A stretch of 64,000 nucleotides of DNA, taken from assembly GCA_965203315.1 (NCBI GenBank), contig OZ241857.1:768001-832000 (forward strand), in the 5' to 3' direction. Position numbers and translations under genes: made by a program. The DNA comes from Nitrosopumilus sp. (GTDB taxonomy: Archaea; Thermoproteota; Nitrososphaeria; Nitrososphaerales; Nitrosopumilaceae). The notes under the pieces are model-generated. The model saw only the letters and a program-made list of their open reading frames with translations, made no database searches and was not told where the DNA came from. The first letter of the stretch is position 1; each line of letters starts with the position of its first letter. This document shows positions 9,895 to 21,066 of the stretch, piece after piece.

Positions 9895-11474
9895 AGTACA
9901 GTCACTGTAATAAACTTGCTAACTGTGATATCATCGAGTTGTGCGCCAACAAGAACTTTATAGGTACCTGGCTCTACGTCTTGGGCCACAATATCCAATG
10001 TTATATCTCTAGATATATCACCAGATATATCGCTAGTCGTATCTTGTCCAACCTGAACATCTATTCCGGCACTAGCAGGAGAGATGATAATCTTGGAGAC
10101 AGACTCGGACGATATTGTGACATCTAGAGATGTAGGTCTATCGGATTGTATAGTCACCACATCTGATTCGAGATTGATGGTTATTGGTAGTGCAAGACTT
10201 GTGTCCACCACACCGATATTGTTCTCAACCCACTCTGTAAACCAGATCAATTCACCAGATACTGTAAAGTCTAAGACTTGTGCTATACCACAATCTCCCA
10301 AGAATAGTCTTGTTCCATCATCACAGTCTGCCCATGCAGGATTTCGAGATGGAATATGATACTCGACGAGCATCTCAGATCTAGGATCCATGACAGCAAT
10401 GTTATTTGCTGTCTGTAAGTTGAATACAATTCGTCCCATATCGTCTGTATCCATCCAGTATGGTCTAGATACAGGTGTTAAAATCACTCCCGTCTTGTTT
10501 CCATAGGTCTCTACGATCGGTTCTGCTGTAACATATCGTATAAACTCTTGACTAGTAGGATCAAAACTATAAAACCCAGACGAGTTTGTATCACTGATCC
10601 ATATGCGTCCAAGTGCATCTATTGTGACACTACTAGGTACAGCCAGTTCAGCCGGTAGTTGATACTGGACAATATAGTCAAGTATAGATAGATCTTGATC
10701 AGATGTATCAAGATCTGTCATGTATTCTAGATAGTCTAATTGTATGAGATATCCACCAAGTTGAGACCAATTTGTATACCAGATATCATCGCCATCTATG
10801 ACAAAATCAGATGTAAATGACTGCTGATGAGGCGACTCGATGCTCGTGTGTTTTATCGAACTGATAGAGTCACGCGAGTCCAAGATATCTAGTTTGTTTC
10901 CAGCAAAGTCGTTCACTATTATCTGTGTATCTAAAATCTTCAATCGCTGTGGAAGACTATCCTCTATTGTCGGGTATGGTACTCGGGTATACTCTTTTGT
11001 ATCGATATCAAACTTCCATAGTGCAGCTTTCTCGCCATCAGTAAACCAGATAGAACCATCAGAAGAGTAGTCCATTCCCCAGTTCACAGTACGATCAGCA
11101 TCGGCCCAAAATGGATTGTTATATTCGGTAAAGTTTTGTGTCGAGGGGTCAAACATTGCAATATTGCCGGTATTACTTTGAGCAAACCAAACGTTCCCGT
11201 CAGGTGTAGTCGTTACTGCTAGTGGCATAGTACATTCTGTAGGAATTGCAAACTCGGTTACAAACATAGTAGACTTGGGATCACTAGAACCACAAAACGT
11301 TGCTCGCTGCTCTACAGAGAACTTTTGGGCAGGAGTATCAAACATGCTCGTATCATCCATCGCACCAGGAGCAACGTCAGGCTCAATACCTGGAATCGCA
11401 ATAGCCACGCCAGATGTTGCCATTATTCCTCCCAAGAATAGAGCTAGTATTATGTTTCTACTCTTCTTTTTCAC
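9891..11474 (-). CDS. Secreted Vgb-lyase-like beta-propeller protein
   Basis: Signal peptide; repeated DG.VWF/IW blades. Confidence 0.8.
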   Translation of the reverse strand: MKKKSRNIILALFLGGIMATSGVAIAIPGIEPDVAPGAMDDTSMFDTPAQKFSVEQRATFCGSSDPKSTMFVTEFAIPTECTMPLAVTTTPDGNVWFAQSNTGNIAMFDPSTQNFTEYNNPFWADADRTVNWGMDYSSDGSIWFTDGEKAALWKFDIDTKEYTRVPYPTIEDSLPQRLKILDTQIIVNDFAGNKLDILDSRDSISSIKHTSIESPHQQSFTSDFVIDGDDIWYTNWSQLGGYLIQLDYLEYMTDLDTSDQDLSILDYIVQYQLPAELAVPSSVTIDALGRIWISDTNSSGFYSFDPTSQEFIRYVTAEPIVETYGNKTGVILTPVSRPYWMDTDDMGRIVFNLQTANNIAVMDPRSEMLVEYHIPSRNPAWADCDDGTRLFLGDCGIAQVLDFTVSGELIWFTEWVENNIGVVDTSLALPITINLESDVVTIQSDRPTSLDVTISSESVSKIIISPASAGIDVQVGQDTTSDISGDISRDITLDIVAQDVEPGTYKVLVGAQLDDITVSKFITVTVL

Positions 11475-12061
11475 ATAGGTAAAAGTATGTCTCCGTGTTA
11501 TATCTTATTCGCAGATCGGTTTGTAATCTTTACGATTAATAGGTACACGACATGTCTGATAACTCTTTATTTACAAATCCTAAATCGATCAATCCTAAAA
11601 ACATTCATCGTATAATCTGTACAGTATGAATTGAACACGCCAGAGATTTGGGATCGGTTCATTAATCCAAAACGTCCGTCATAGAATCTATACAATATGA
11701 ATTGTCCTAGCCCAAAATAATACTCAAACCATCGCATCACGGATTAGTCCAGATACATGATCTGCAACATCGTCAAACGCAGGTATTGTGCCATATACAA
11801 ATGGCCTTAGTTCTTGAATCCATACTTTTCTTTTTTCAGCAATTCTCGGGTTCAATTTGCTTATATCAAATTCTCCATATACTATTCTGCATTTTTTCTT
11901 AACTAGATCAGGGTTGATCGCTACTCCGTGTAAACTCAGAAAATGAATATCATATAGATGTCGCGCATGTTTGCTATACAAAAGAGCTCTAACCTTTTCT
12001 GCCATTGTCTCCTCAAGACTCATAACATTTAGCATTACGTTGCTTGGAAAATTCTCATATA

Positions 12062-13342
12062 TACCAAAGTGCAAAAGTATTTTCCAAAACTGTGTCCCAA
12101 AACGTATTGGTCTAAATTTTGTTTCCAAGCCACTCTGTTTGTCTATTACTTAACTAAGAAATTGATAAAGAGTTAGTTAATTTAAACGAAAGATGAGATT
12201 GTAATTATTAAAGTTCATGCAATTGTCTTGTATATCCATATTATGATCGATTTGCGACTGTTTACTAGTCATCAACCTTTCTTTTCAAGTATTTTACTAG
12301 GTCAATATCGAATTTTTGACTAAAAAATTCATTGAGTTTTGACACTAATTCTCTACGATCTGGATAAAACTTGCCATTTACGTGTTCCTTTTTCCCCATG
12401 TACCATATTGTCTCTATTGCATTGAGTTCTGGACGTCCAGCAGGAAGAATTTCTAGGTCTATTCCTTTCTTTTCACAAAACTCTTTGACATTATTTGCAG
12501 TATGTGCTTTAGCTCCATCTGCTATTATCATAAATTTACCGCATTTGTCGTAAAGCATGTTCAAACATATCCTAAACATATCTGCTGTAAAATTATCCTC
12601 ATATTGTATTGTAAATAGATTGCCGTCTGAATCAAGAGCTCCAAAGTATCTGACACTTTCATATTGGTTTACGTATGGAACACGTGCATCTTTCCATTTA
12701 AACTCCCATACCATATAGTTACAATTGTCGTCATAATTGGCTTGGACTTCGTCACAAACAAATACTGGTATGCCTTTTCTTTTTGCTTTTTGTATTTTTA
12801 AAAGTACTCTATCTTGAAATATTTGAGTGTCTTCTGCACTAGCTCGATTTATGTAATATGGCTTGGGCTTCTTTCGGGTAAGCTTCAATTCACGTAATAC
12901 TCTTCTAATGCTCCACACAGAATACTCGATTTTTGTTAGATCATAGATAATTCGTTTTATGATGATTGGGTGTTTTTGGGGCATGTGCAAAACTATTGCT
13001 AAAATTTGCAACTTGGAAATCTTTCTTGGTCTACCTGTTTTTGGACGATCTCTCAAGCCATTGATGCCTCTTTCCTTGTATCGATTTAACCAGTTCCTTA
13101 TCGTTTTTGGTACACAACCAAATATTTCTGCTACTTCGTCTATAGGTATTTTTTTAACTTTGACTAGTATTACCGCCAACGCTCTTTTTGAGAAACTGGT
13201 ATCATCTTTTTCTTTTTGAAACGCTTCCATTAATCCTTGAAAGTGTGTGCCCATTACAAATACAGAAAAACATCTGATCGATAAAGGTTTCGGTTAGAGT
13301 AATTTATTGTCAAATCGTGGAAAATACTTTTGCACTTTGGTA
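12062..13342 (-). mobile_element. IS630-family element 1
   Basis: TIR TACCAAAGTGCAAAAGTATTTTCCA at both ends, flanked by a TA duplication. Confidence 0.92.
12265..13254 (-). CDS. IS630-family transposase
   Basis: HTH, GRP, CDE, ADGAKAH, PELNAIE (DDE triad). Confidence 0.93.
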   Translation of the reverse strand: MGTHFQGLMEAFQKEKDDTSFSKRALAVILVKVKKIPIDEVAEIFGCVPKTIRNWLNRYKERGINGLRDRPKTGRPRKISKLQILAIVLHMPQKHPIIIKRIIYDLTKIEYSVWSIRRVLRELKLTRKKPKPYYINRASAEDTQIFQDRVLLKIQKAKRKGIPVFVCDEVQANYDDNCNYMVWEFKWKDARVPYVNQYESVRYFGALDSDGNLFTIQYEDNFTADMFRICLNMLYDKCGKFMIIADGAKAHTANNVKEFCEKKGIDLEILPAGRPELNAIETIWYMGKKEHVNGKFYPDRRELVSKLNEFFSQKFDIDLVKYLKRKVDD

Positions 13343-13837
13343 TATGCTCATTATGGGTTTGGTAACAGGTTTCAAAAATGTGTCACCACGCATGCTCAAA
13401 TCAAGCCTGACGCTTGTTTCTAGCTGAGCTGTTTGTGGGTACATTATGCGAAATGTTATTCCAGATCTCTTTCTCTCGATGTTCTTTATTTGTGTAAACT
13501 TGAAATTCATATTATTCATATTATTTTGCATAAAATTAATAAACTCGTCCGATATGTCACTCGAACATGTAAAATCAAGATCTTCAGAAAATCTAAAGTT
13601 ATCAAAATGTATTTTTTTCAATGATGTGCCACCTTTAAACACCACTTTGTCTAATTTTGGAAACTGTGAGATTACAAATAACAGACTAGTAAGTGCATAA
13701 TCTTTTTCAATTGTCTGGTATGGTAATGAATACTTTTGTGATAATTTCTTAACTTGCTCTTTTATTAATAATCCATCCATTCCGTTAAATCCTCTTTACG
13801 TAAATTTAATACAAGTCTATACTCCTTTGATGTACTA

Positions 13838-15370
13838 TAGTCACGAACATAATTATTTTCCGGTTCGTTGTTAAGCAATCGTGTTGCCTTTTGTTAATCG
13901 TGTAGCTCAAATCACAACGATTATCATAAAATACGAAAAAAGTCAGATAAATTTTGATTTGTTGTAAAGATATTCACGCCAATACACAAAACAATCAAAA
14001 TTTTATGGTCGTCTGCATGATTTATTCTTGCACGACACAATGATTTTTGTAATTTCAAGCTATATTTTTGGCGTAATTATCTTTCTCTTAAGACAACCCA
14101 TGACATTTGCGTTGCATTTCATGATTTTCATAGTTTCATCTGCATGTTTCTCTAGAGATCGTAGTGTTTTAAAGACTTTGTTGACTGGAGTATATTGTCT
14201 AAACTGTTTCCAGAGTGCTTCTGATGCATTGAGTTCAGGAACAGCAGCTGGTAATTGCACTAACTTTATGTTATTTTCTTTTGCAAATCGTCTACTTATT
14301 TGACTAGTGTGACATGATGCACCGTCAAGGATGAGTATTATTGGTTCTATCATGGGACGCATCTTTCGTATGATCTTCATAAATGCTATAAAGTCTTTAG
14401 AATTTGCTGAATGACGTATTGTATGACATATTTTTCCGTTAGTGCTGATTCCTCCAAATATTGTTATTCTCTCAGCTTTTCCTGCTACTGCTAGCATGCG
14501 TATCTTTTCACCTATCCTTGACCAACTTTTTACACGACGTTTTGTGTGGGTGTTGATGTGCATCTCATCTACTGCCATCACTAGAAATCCCATGTTGTTT
14601 AGACGTGAAATCCAAGATATGTTGGCTCTTTGGAATTTTTTTATCATTTCATCACTGGCTCGATTAGTGAAATGTACTTGGACATAGCTCTTTGCAGAGC
14701 GTCTTAGCTCTCTCATTCTGCGTCGTATTGTGCTGGGATGATATCGTACTTTTGTTATATTGAAAACCAACTCTAAAATTCTTTGTACTGTTGTGGTGCT
14801 GTCGAGTCCCAGTATGTACTCAAACATTCGGTTAGATACTTTTGGTTTCCTTCCTCGACCTGACTTGTCTTTGAGTCCCTCAATTCCTTCTTTCTGATAC
14901 CGTGTAATCCAATTAAATACGGTGCGAGGTGTAATTCCTGCCATCTCTGCAGCTTTTACTTGTGTGTAACTAAAATTTAGTACCATTAGTACAACAATAA
15001 TTCTTTTTTGTACGTTATGGTTTGGCATGTTTTTGATGTAGTTAACCATATCCTCACATACTTGATTCATTACATATCATAAAAGATAGTAACAAATAAA
15101 CATGTATAGTCAACTAAACATGATCAATTAGTTAATTATTATTGTTCAATACCAACATTAACAAAAATTTAAATTTTTTGTGCGCCATTGGACATTTTAA
15201 ATTTTGGTCACTAATCATCTTTGTTTATTTCCAACCATGAACTAATAATCAGTGATTTTTTGTTGTTATTGCCTCGTATGTTTTATGATCAATGTGATTT
15301 CAACGAGGATGTTGAAAGAAATCACATCATTTGGCAAAAACGAACCGGAAAATAATTATGTTCGTGACTA
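13838..15370 (-). mobile_element. IS630-family element 2
   Basis: TIR TAGTCACGAACATAATTATTTTCCGGTTCGTT, flanked by a TA duplication. Confidence 0.92.
14060..15070 (-). CDS. IS630-family transposase
   Basis: HTH, VDE, ILDGASCH, PELNASE. Confidence 0.93.
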   Translation of the reverse strand: MNQVCEDMVNYIKNMPNHNVQKRIIVVLMVLNFSYTQVKAAEMAGITPRTVFNWITRYQKEGIEGLKDKSGRGRKPKVSNRMFEYILGLDSTTTVQRILELVFNITKVRYHPSTIRRRMRELRRSAKSYVQVHFTNRASDEMIKKFQRANISWISRLNNMGFLVMAVDEMHINTHTKRRVKSWSRIGEKIRMLAVAGKAERITIFGGISTNGKICHTIRHSANSKDFIAFMKIIRKMRPMIEPIILILDGASCHTSQISRRFAKENNIKLVQLPAAVPELNASEALWKQFRQYTPVNKVFKTLRSLEKHADETMKIMKCNANVMGCLKRKIITPKI

Positions 15371-16212
15371 TATATTTTATCTTTTCACTAGATGGATCTA
15401 AATAGTCATACCCTAACGACAACGTTTGTTTAATTTTATTTGATATATGCTCTTCAATGTCGAGCACAGATAACAGATATCCCAATCTCTTTAGTACTAC
15501 TACCACCCCTACTCTTTTTGCCATATCGAGCATCATGTCCCAATCGATATCTCTTCGACCGTACCACATACATTTAGCTATCTCTATTATTCCACCACAC
15601 TGATGAGGTTGCATCATGCTGTCAATGAGTGTCTTTTCTCTAGTTGCAAGATTGAATGGTATTCCAGACACAGATTCTGCTTCAACATAACCAAAAAACT
15701 TTTTTTGAGAAAATGTGGTAAACTCGAACAAGTTGTAAGCAAATTCAAGATCTCTTTTTCTCTTTGTAGTCACAATATGAATTGTTCTAGGCAATTGTTC
15801 TGTCATCTCCCACAAATTCATTGCTGTCCAAAAACTCACATAACCGGGATTAACGAGGAGTGATACAGCAGATAATCCATCTTCCATCCACGCCTTACTT
15901 GGGCCTGCAATCTCGGGTACAAACATGTACTTGCCACGCATTATACGTACTAGACGTCCATTTTTTACTAGTCTGATTAGCACCTGAGCAACAGATTTGT
16001 TGCCAGTACCTAAAATTGCTTTTGCGTGTTCAAAGTCAAACATGGTGACTCTGTTCTCTGCTAGTGTCAATAGCAATCTATCTTGTAAACTTGTATTCAT
16101 GTAAACTTGACCTCCTTTCAGTAAGTTATTGCTACACAAAATATAAAAACACTTTGCGCCTACATTGATCTGGTTACGCCAGTACAGGTTAGACAGATAG
16201 AGGTTGTTTGAT

Positions 16213-16389
16213 GGTTCTTTCAACTTGACAGGAGTTAGCATTTTCTGCACAAAATTCCCAAAAAATTTTGCAAAATATGGAAACTGTCTCATATCTGCTA
16301 TCGTAAATTGCTGCTGTTTTGAGTCAAATATTATGCGTTCTTTGAGATAACGTCATACCGATCTCAATCACCATCGATTGAACAGAACC
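16213..16389. mobile_element. MITE family B
   Basis: Ends GGTTCTTTCAACTTG / TTGAACAGAACC; internal homology to 8480-8654. Confidence 0.85.
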
Positions 16390-16393
16390 AAGT

Positions 16394-16657
16394 TTATAAT
16401 CGCCTAATCTTTTTTGCAATTATCTTTTTGTGGGGACGATTTATGATTTTATAGACTACAGCATATTTGGTTTGTGGAACTTTTGTAGTTAAAATCATTT
16501 TTTCTATGCTGAGTCCTTTCTTTTCAAGATGTTCCAAACTTAATGCAGTGGATTTAATATTTTGCATAATCCTTTTTACAACTAGAGTGTCTTCAACATC
16601 ACCTATCTGATGTGATTGTTCTTTAAAAAGGGCAGATGTAGAAATTTTGAACTTCAT
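16394..16657 (-). CDS. Basic 87-aa protein, possible RelE/ParE-like toxin
   Basis: MKFKIST..F..; YAVVYKI..KKI pattern; ATGA overlap with the upstream small ORF. Confidence 0.4.
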   Translation of the reverse strand: MKFKISTSALFKEQSHQIGDVEDTLVVKRIMQNIKSTALSLEHLEKKGLSIEKMILTTKVPQTKYAVVYKIINRPHKKIIAKKIRRL

Positions 16658-16788
16658 AAGTATTCTTTCAACAATTCTCTTACAGCTACATCTGCATTTG
16701 GATATGTGCATGCAATGGTGTCTTCGCCATCTTGATATCTATCTACTTTATAGATCTTGACTACTGTTGATTTCTTGTTTTGGCTCAT
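16654..16788 (-). CDS. 44-aa protein, possible antitoxin (absent from ORF track)
   Basis: GGGAGG upstream; MSQNKKSTVVKIY...DVAVRELLKEYL*; translationally coupled to the next ORF. Confidence 0.4.
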   Translation of the reverse strand: MSQNKKSTVVKIYKVDRYQDGEDTIACTYPNADVAVRELLKEYL

Positions 16789-16850
16789 ATACCTCCCACA
16801 TAAACTAGTGCATTAATGTACATATAAACCTTAGTTGTGAATATGAAAAG

Positions 16851-18134
16851 TGTGGAATATGAAAAGTAGTATACCCCTCATTTGACATCATGTTCATCTC
16901 CAGATTCCTCATCAATAATCGTTTCTTTTGGATGTTGTTTCCTGACAAATGCATCTGCTGGTCTTTCACGGCCATCTTTTAGAGACATGTGTGGTCGGTC
17001 ATAGTTGTACCATTTCATGAATAGATCAACTGGATCACTAGTTCTTTGCATGATTGCTGCAAAGCGTGGTAACTTGCGCTGTACTTCACCAAACACTCGT
17101 TCTAGCTTGCCATTGGTCTGTGGATGCCTAACTCGAGCAAGAATGTGTTTGATTTCTAGTTCTACCAGTCTCATCTCAAATTTTGGTATTCCTTTTTCTT
17201 GACCTTGACTTGTTTGCATAGAACTGTGTCCCATTGTCGTTACTACAATCTGTAAGTATTGCAGTTGGTTTTCCATGATTTTTGATTACTGCATCTAATA
17301 CTGCAAATGCGTTCTCTGTTGTTGCATGATCAAACACGCCGTATCTAACTGCAACCCCAGAAGCATCATCTAGTAGTTTATAGTCAGCATGCCATAGTGA
17401 ATTCATGCTCACATCGTACCCATGTGCGTTGTTGGTTCTTTGGTTCTCGCCTAGATAGCCCTTCATCTCGCAATATGTGGTATATGGCAGGATAGGAAAT
17501 ATCCATTACAGTGGAATCTTTTATCTCGTCTTTTATGCGGGTTGTTACAAGATGCCATCTTGTCGCGCAGCTAGTACAGTAGAGTGTACTAGTCTACCTG
17601 GAAGACTCTTCTTGGGTCTGTCCATATGTCTCGGATATATCATCTGGTTTGATTTTATGTTCTTGTATGTGTCCATATCTTTTGAATCTAGCGAACCGAC
17701 ATATCCACCCGCTCTGCAATTATTGCATTCTTGGTTCCTTTCTTCTTTTCTAGTACGATGTATCGTACTTTGGTTTCATCTAGTTTTATTGATTCTATAC
17801 CAAAGTGCAAAAGCATTTTCCAAGTAGATCGTAGAATAGCATGTGTGCAATTATGAATACATCTTTACGAAAATCAAAAGTATGTCATTTGAACGATTTT
17901 GCCTATAGAAATAACATATACGCTGTCGTCATTACAAGATGAGTACCTCCCTAAAAAGTACATATACGTTCTTTTGTTGTCGCCTTGGAAAATACTTTTG
18001 CACTTTGGCATATTTGCAACATATCGATATAACGCCGATCTGAGCGAACCCAAACACCTTCATTTCCATTGCAACTCAGATTGCCTGCTTGGACTACCCA
18101 TCGGGCTAGGGTGAACAACTTTTTGTACTACACA
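16851..18134 (-). mobile_element. Degenerate IS481-family element (transposase pseudogene about 16878-17790)
   Basis: TGT...ACA imperfect TIRs; fragments LWHADYK, LTD, HPQTNGKLER, WYNYDRPH with frameshifts and stops. Confidence 0.85.
17798..18010. mobile_element. MITE family C with IS630 element 1 ends, inside the IS481 remnant
   Basis: TIR TACCAAAGTGCAAAAG(C/T)ATTTTCCAAG, TA flanks. Confidence 0.85.
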
Positions 18135-18384
18135 CGTTACATCAAAGTGATTTAGTCGCACATCCCTAATCGCCTTCCATTTATACTGAGTTTTAATATG
18201 TATGCAGATCTATAAATTCACAACATATTGTAAATTTACCTCTAGGATATCAAATATTTCGTCAATAACTTTAATCAATATTCAACTAAACAAAAGATAT
18301 GCATAATGATGAGAGTGTGTTTTGGTTTATGTTAAGATGATCGTGCTAAGTATCAAAAAAGAACCGAATTATGAATAGGGTCGA

Positions 18385-18738
18385 CTAGAGAAGTTTTAGA
18401 TGACCGGTAACTCGGTTCACTAGATCTTCAGGTACAGGACCGATTCCAATACAGGTTATCGTGTTTGGTTCTATCTGAGTATGTCCAGCATCTCTAACCT
18501 GAACACATGGTAGACGTCTTTCAATTGCATCCAATCGTATCGCCTCCAATACCTCCAACGAGTCAACCTTTAACACAACTTTTGCTTGTAGTGGCCACCA
18601 TGCATCATACCACTTTTTGTTCATTTCTTTAACTCGCTCTGCAGCAAGTATTGCAGCATGACTTGCTTGTGCAGCAATCTTACCTTTACCCATCTTTAGA
18701 TCTGTTCGGACAACAATAACTTGTTTGATCATGTACAC
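18385..18738 (-). CDS. pth2: Peptidyl-tRNA hydrolase Pth2
   Basis: KQVIVVRTDLKMGKGKIAAQASHA, DAGHTQI, GIGP. Confidence 0.95.
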   Translation of the reverse strand: MYMIKQVIVVRTDLKMGKGKIAAQASHAAILAAERVKEMNKKWYDAWWPLQAKVVLKVDSLEVLEAIRLDAIERRLPCVQVRDAGHTQIEPNTITCIGIGPVPEDLVNRVTGHLKLL

Positions 18739-19142
18739 AGACAGTATCGTAGCATCTCAAAAACCTTCTCATGTCTAACATCAGTCATCCCAAATGTGCT
18801 GCCTCGTAGACTCATTTCGTGGGTGGTGGCCAACAAGCCATTAGCTCTCGAAAACGCAGTTGTAAAAATGTCTTAAAGTATACTTTGGTGACTTTCTTGC
18901 CCATCTCTGAGAATCCTTTTGTTTCAGATGGCATGTGTCGTGCTAGGATCCATGCGTTGTAAAATAACATACTAAACAAAAACAACATAAATCTTACAGA
19001 TTCACTTTTACTCTGCATCTTTAATCTCATCTGTTCTAGATCACGATAACCAGATTCTATGATCCATCGACTTGCATATATCGATACGTCGATACTGGGA
19101 TCATTTGTTGCATATGCCATCATCTTTCCTTTTCTGTTCTTG

Positions 19143-20679
19143 GGAGTTCATGCGAAAGTCATTTTCAGGCACATATGATGTGTGATGGGTCAAATCTGAC
19201 TAAATTCTCCGAGTTATTGCGGGTTTCGTGTATGTGAGGGGGAGTAAAAAATTAACCAAAAATAGAATACGCAACAAGACAATTTTTTAAGACACTCTAT
19301 GGTAAATACCAATTTGAATAAACAAGAGTATGGCTAATCCGAACAAGGAACTAGTGCTTGAACAACGACTCAAAGCAGCCGAAGAACGTGCAGATATAGC
19401 AGAAGAACAGCTCAAAGCAGCAAAAAAAGAACTCGAGCTCCCTCCATGTAAGAATATCCTTAGCAATGAAAAGACTCTATGGGAGCATACAAAGCTGGAT
19501 TTCGACATGTTTAACTTTTTGCTCGGTCTGTTTATAGAATGGATACCGGCAGCAGATGTTCACAGACAGTTTCGTAATGTTCTCATAGTACGTGGAAGAA
19601 TATCCAAACTAACTCCCGAGTATGCCATGCTCTTGGCAATTCTGAGGCTGGTGAGTGGTCACAGTCAGTGCCATCTTGCCAGTAGATTTGGCATAGATCA
19701 GAGCAATGTATCCCGGTACTGTACATACATGAATCAGTTTTTTCAAAGTTTGGGTTTTTCACCAGACGAGTTGGCAAATGCGATAAGTAAATGCAAGACA
19801 AAGAAAGAGCTTGCAAAATGGGTAAAGGATCACACATTCTTGTTCGATGGAACACACACTCGTGTTCCAACACCCGTAGATAGAGAGATACGCAATGACT
19901 ACAAATCAGGCAAAAAAAAGATGCATACGGTAAATACGCTATTGATGTGTACAAAAGAGAGACTGATAGTACATGTGTCTTCTACGTTTCCTGGTAAGAC
20001 ACACGATTTCAGCATATTCAAAGAACTCAAACTGAATCTTGGCAAGTGGTCCATGTCGTTAACAGATCCAAACACTCCACTTCGCCAAAGACTGTACATT
20101 CTAGTAGATCTAGGATTCTTAGGAATTCGAGATATCTTTGTAGGTGCAAAGATAGGCATAAAATACAAGAAACCCAAAGGTGGGCAACTCACAAAAGAAC
20201 AAGAGATATACAACAAAAAGATAGACAGTGAACGCGCCACAGTAGAACACGTAGTTGGATGTGTAAAGCAGTTTAAACTCTTGTTCAACATGTTCCGAGG
20301 AGATGACGACCAATACAACGCTGCCTTCAAGATGGCATCTACATTGGTCAACTATCACATTCTTTGGGATCATGAACACGGCAGACCTAGTCCTAGATTA
20401 GAAGAGCTTGTTGCAGCATGGAGAGTAAAGATAAACCGTAAAAAACAGGCTAAACTAAAAAAGATGAAATTATCTCACCGCATAGTTGCGTAAATAATAC
20501 ACAACAACATTGTGATTTATAGAATGATATTGTAAGATATCAAGGTATAATTCATTGTTTTGACTCTACATGTATAATCATACAATTGCACAGATCACAA
20601 ACCTGAGATCACTTTATAATTTGGAATGTCTTTGTTGCTAGGCGTCCAGAGTCTTCAAAATGACTTTCGCATGAACTCC
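19143..20679 (+). mobile_element. IS5-family element
   Basis: TIR GGAGTTCATGCGAAAGTCATTTT; TSD TTG (or CTTGG if the ends are 1 bp shorter). Confidence 0.9.
19330..20493 (+). CDS. IS5-family (DDE_Tnp_4-like) transposase
   Basis: FDGT, SGKKKMHT, GKTHD, DLGF, R..VEH. Confidence 0.92.
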   Translation: MANPNKELVLEQRLKAAEERADIAEEQLKAAKKELELPPCKNILSNEKTLWEHTKLDFDMFNFLLGLFIEWIPAADVHRQFRNVLIVRGRISKLTPEYAMLLAILRLVSGHSQCHLASRFGIDQSNVSRYCTYMNQFFQSLGFSPDELANAISKCKTKKELAKWVKDHTFLFDGTHTRVPTPVDREIRNDYKSGKKKMHTVNTLLMCTKERLIVHVSSTFPGKTHDFSIFKELKLNLGKWSMSLTDPNTPLRQRLYILVDLGFLGIRDIFVGAKIGIKYKKPKGGQLTKEQEIYNKKIDSERATVEHVVGCVKQFKLLFNMFRGDDDQYNAAFKMASTLVNYHILWDHEHGRPSPRLEELVAAWRVKINRKKQAKLKKMKLSHRIVA

Positions 20680-20937
20680 TTGGTTATTATCATGGTAAAT
20701 GGTACGGTCAATCCTTTTCCGTTGGTGATTTTCGCTTGTGATATTCTACCACGTAGTCCTTGCTGATACTCTCGTATGCAGTTTTTAACATATGCGGTGT
20801 TTTTACATGGGGTAAGAAACTTGTACGTGGTATTTTGAAATTTAGCAAATATCTCTGCAGCATAAAATTCACGATCAAACAAGAATACACCGATCTTGAA
20901 CTTGTATGACGCACAGATATCGATGATTTTACCTATA

Positions 20938-21066
20938 TAGTCACGAACGGAATTATTTTCTTGTCTACTCCCACATATGTGGTGTAAGACAGAATTTACC
21001 TCTGACAGAACAAATAACACTAAATTGTGATACTGCAGACTAGGAAAATTATTATGTTCACGACTA
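20938..21066. mobile_element. MITE family D with IS630 element 2 ends
   Basis: TAGTCACGAAC / GTTCACGACTA ends, TA duplication; excision restores ..NIVSIGKIID.. Confidence 0.85.

Larger units (their letters stand above)
11724..13780 (-). pseudogene. AbiEii-type nucleotidyltransferase toxin, split by IS630
   Basis: FKGGTSL..RFSEDLDF in the N-part and AEK.RA...RHLYD in the C-part; removing 12062-13342 plus one TA restores the frame (..MSIYENFP..). Confidence 0.9.
13765..16100 (-). pseudogene. AbiEi-type antitoxin, split near its 3' end by IS630
   Basis: wHTH (L.RLVKNGRLVRIMRGKY), YVSFWTAM, TEQLP, EKTLID; excision restores ..KYSTSKEYRLVLNLRKEDLTEWMDY* overlapping the toxin start; GGAGG upstream of ATG 16100. 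Confidence 0.88.

Noticed and set aside
15327-16292. 321-aa ORF taken as an intact gene
   Set aside because: The first 64 codons run through a MITE and the promoter, and the last codons are IS630 TIR; the real start is 16100
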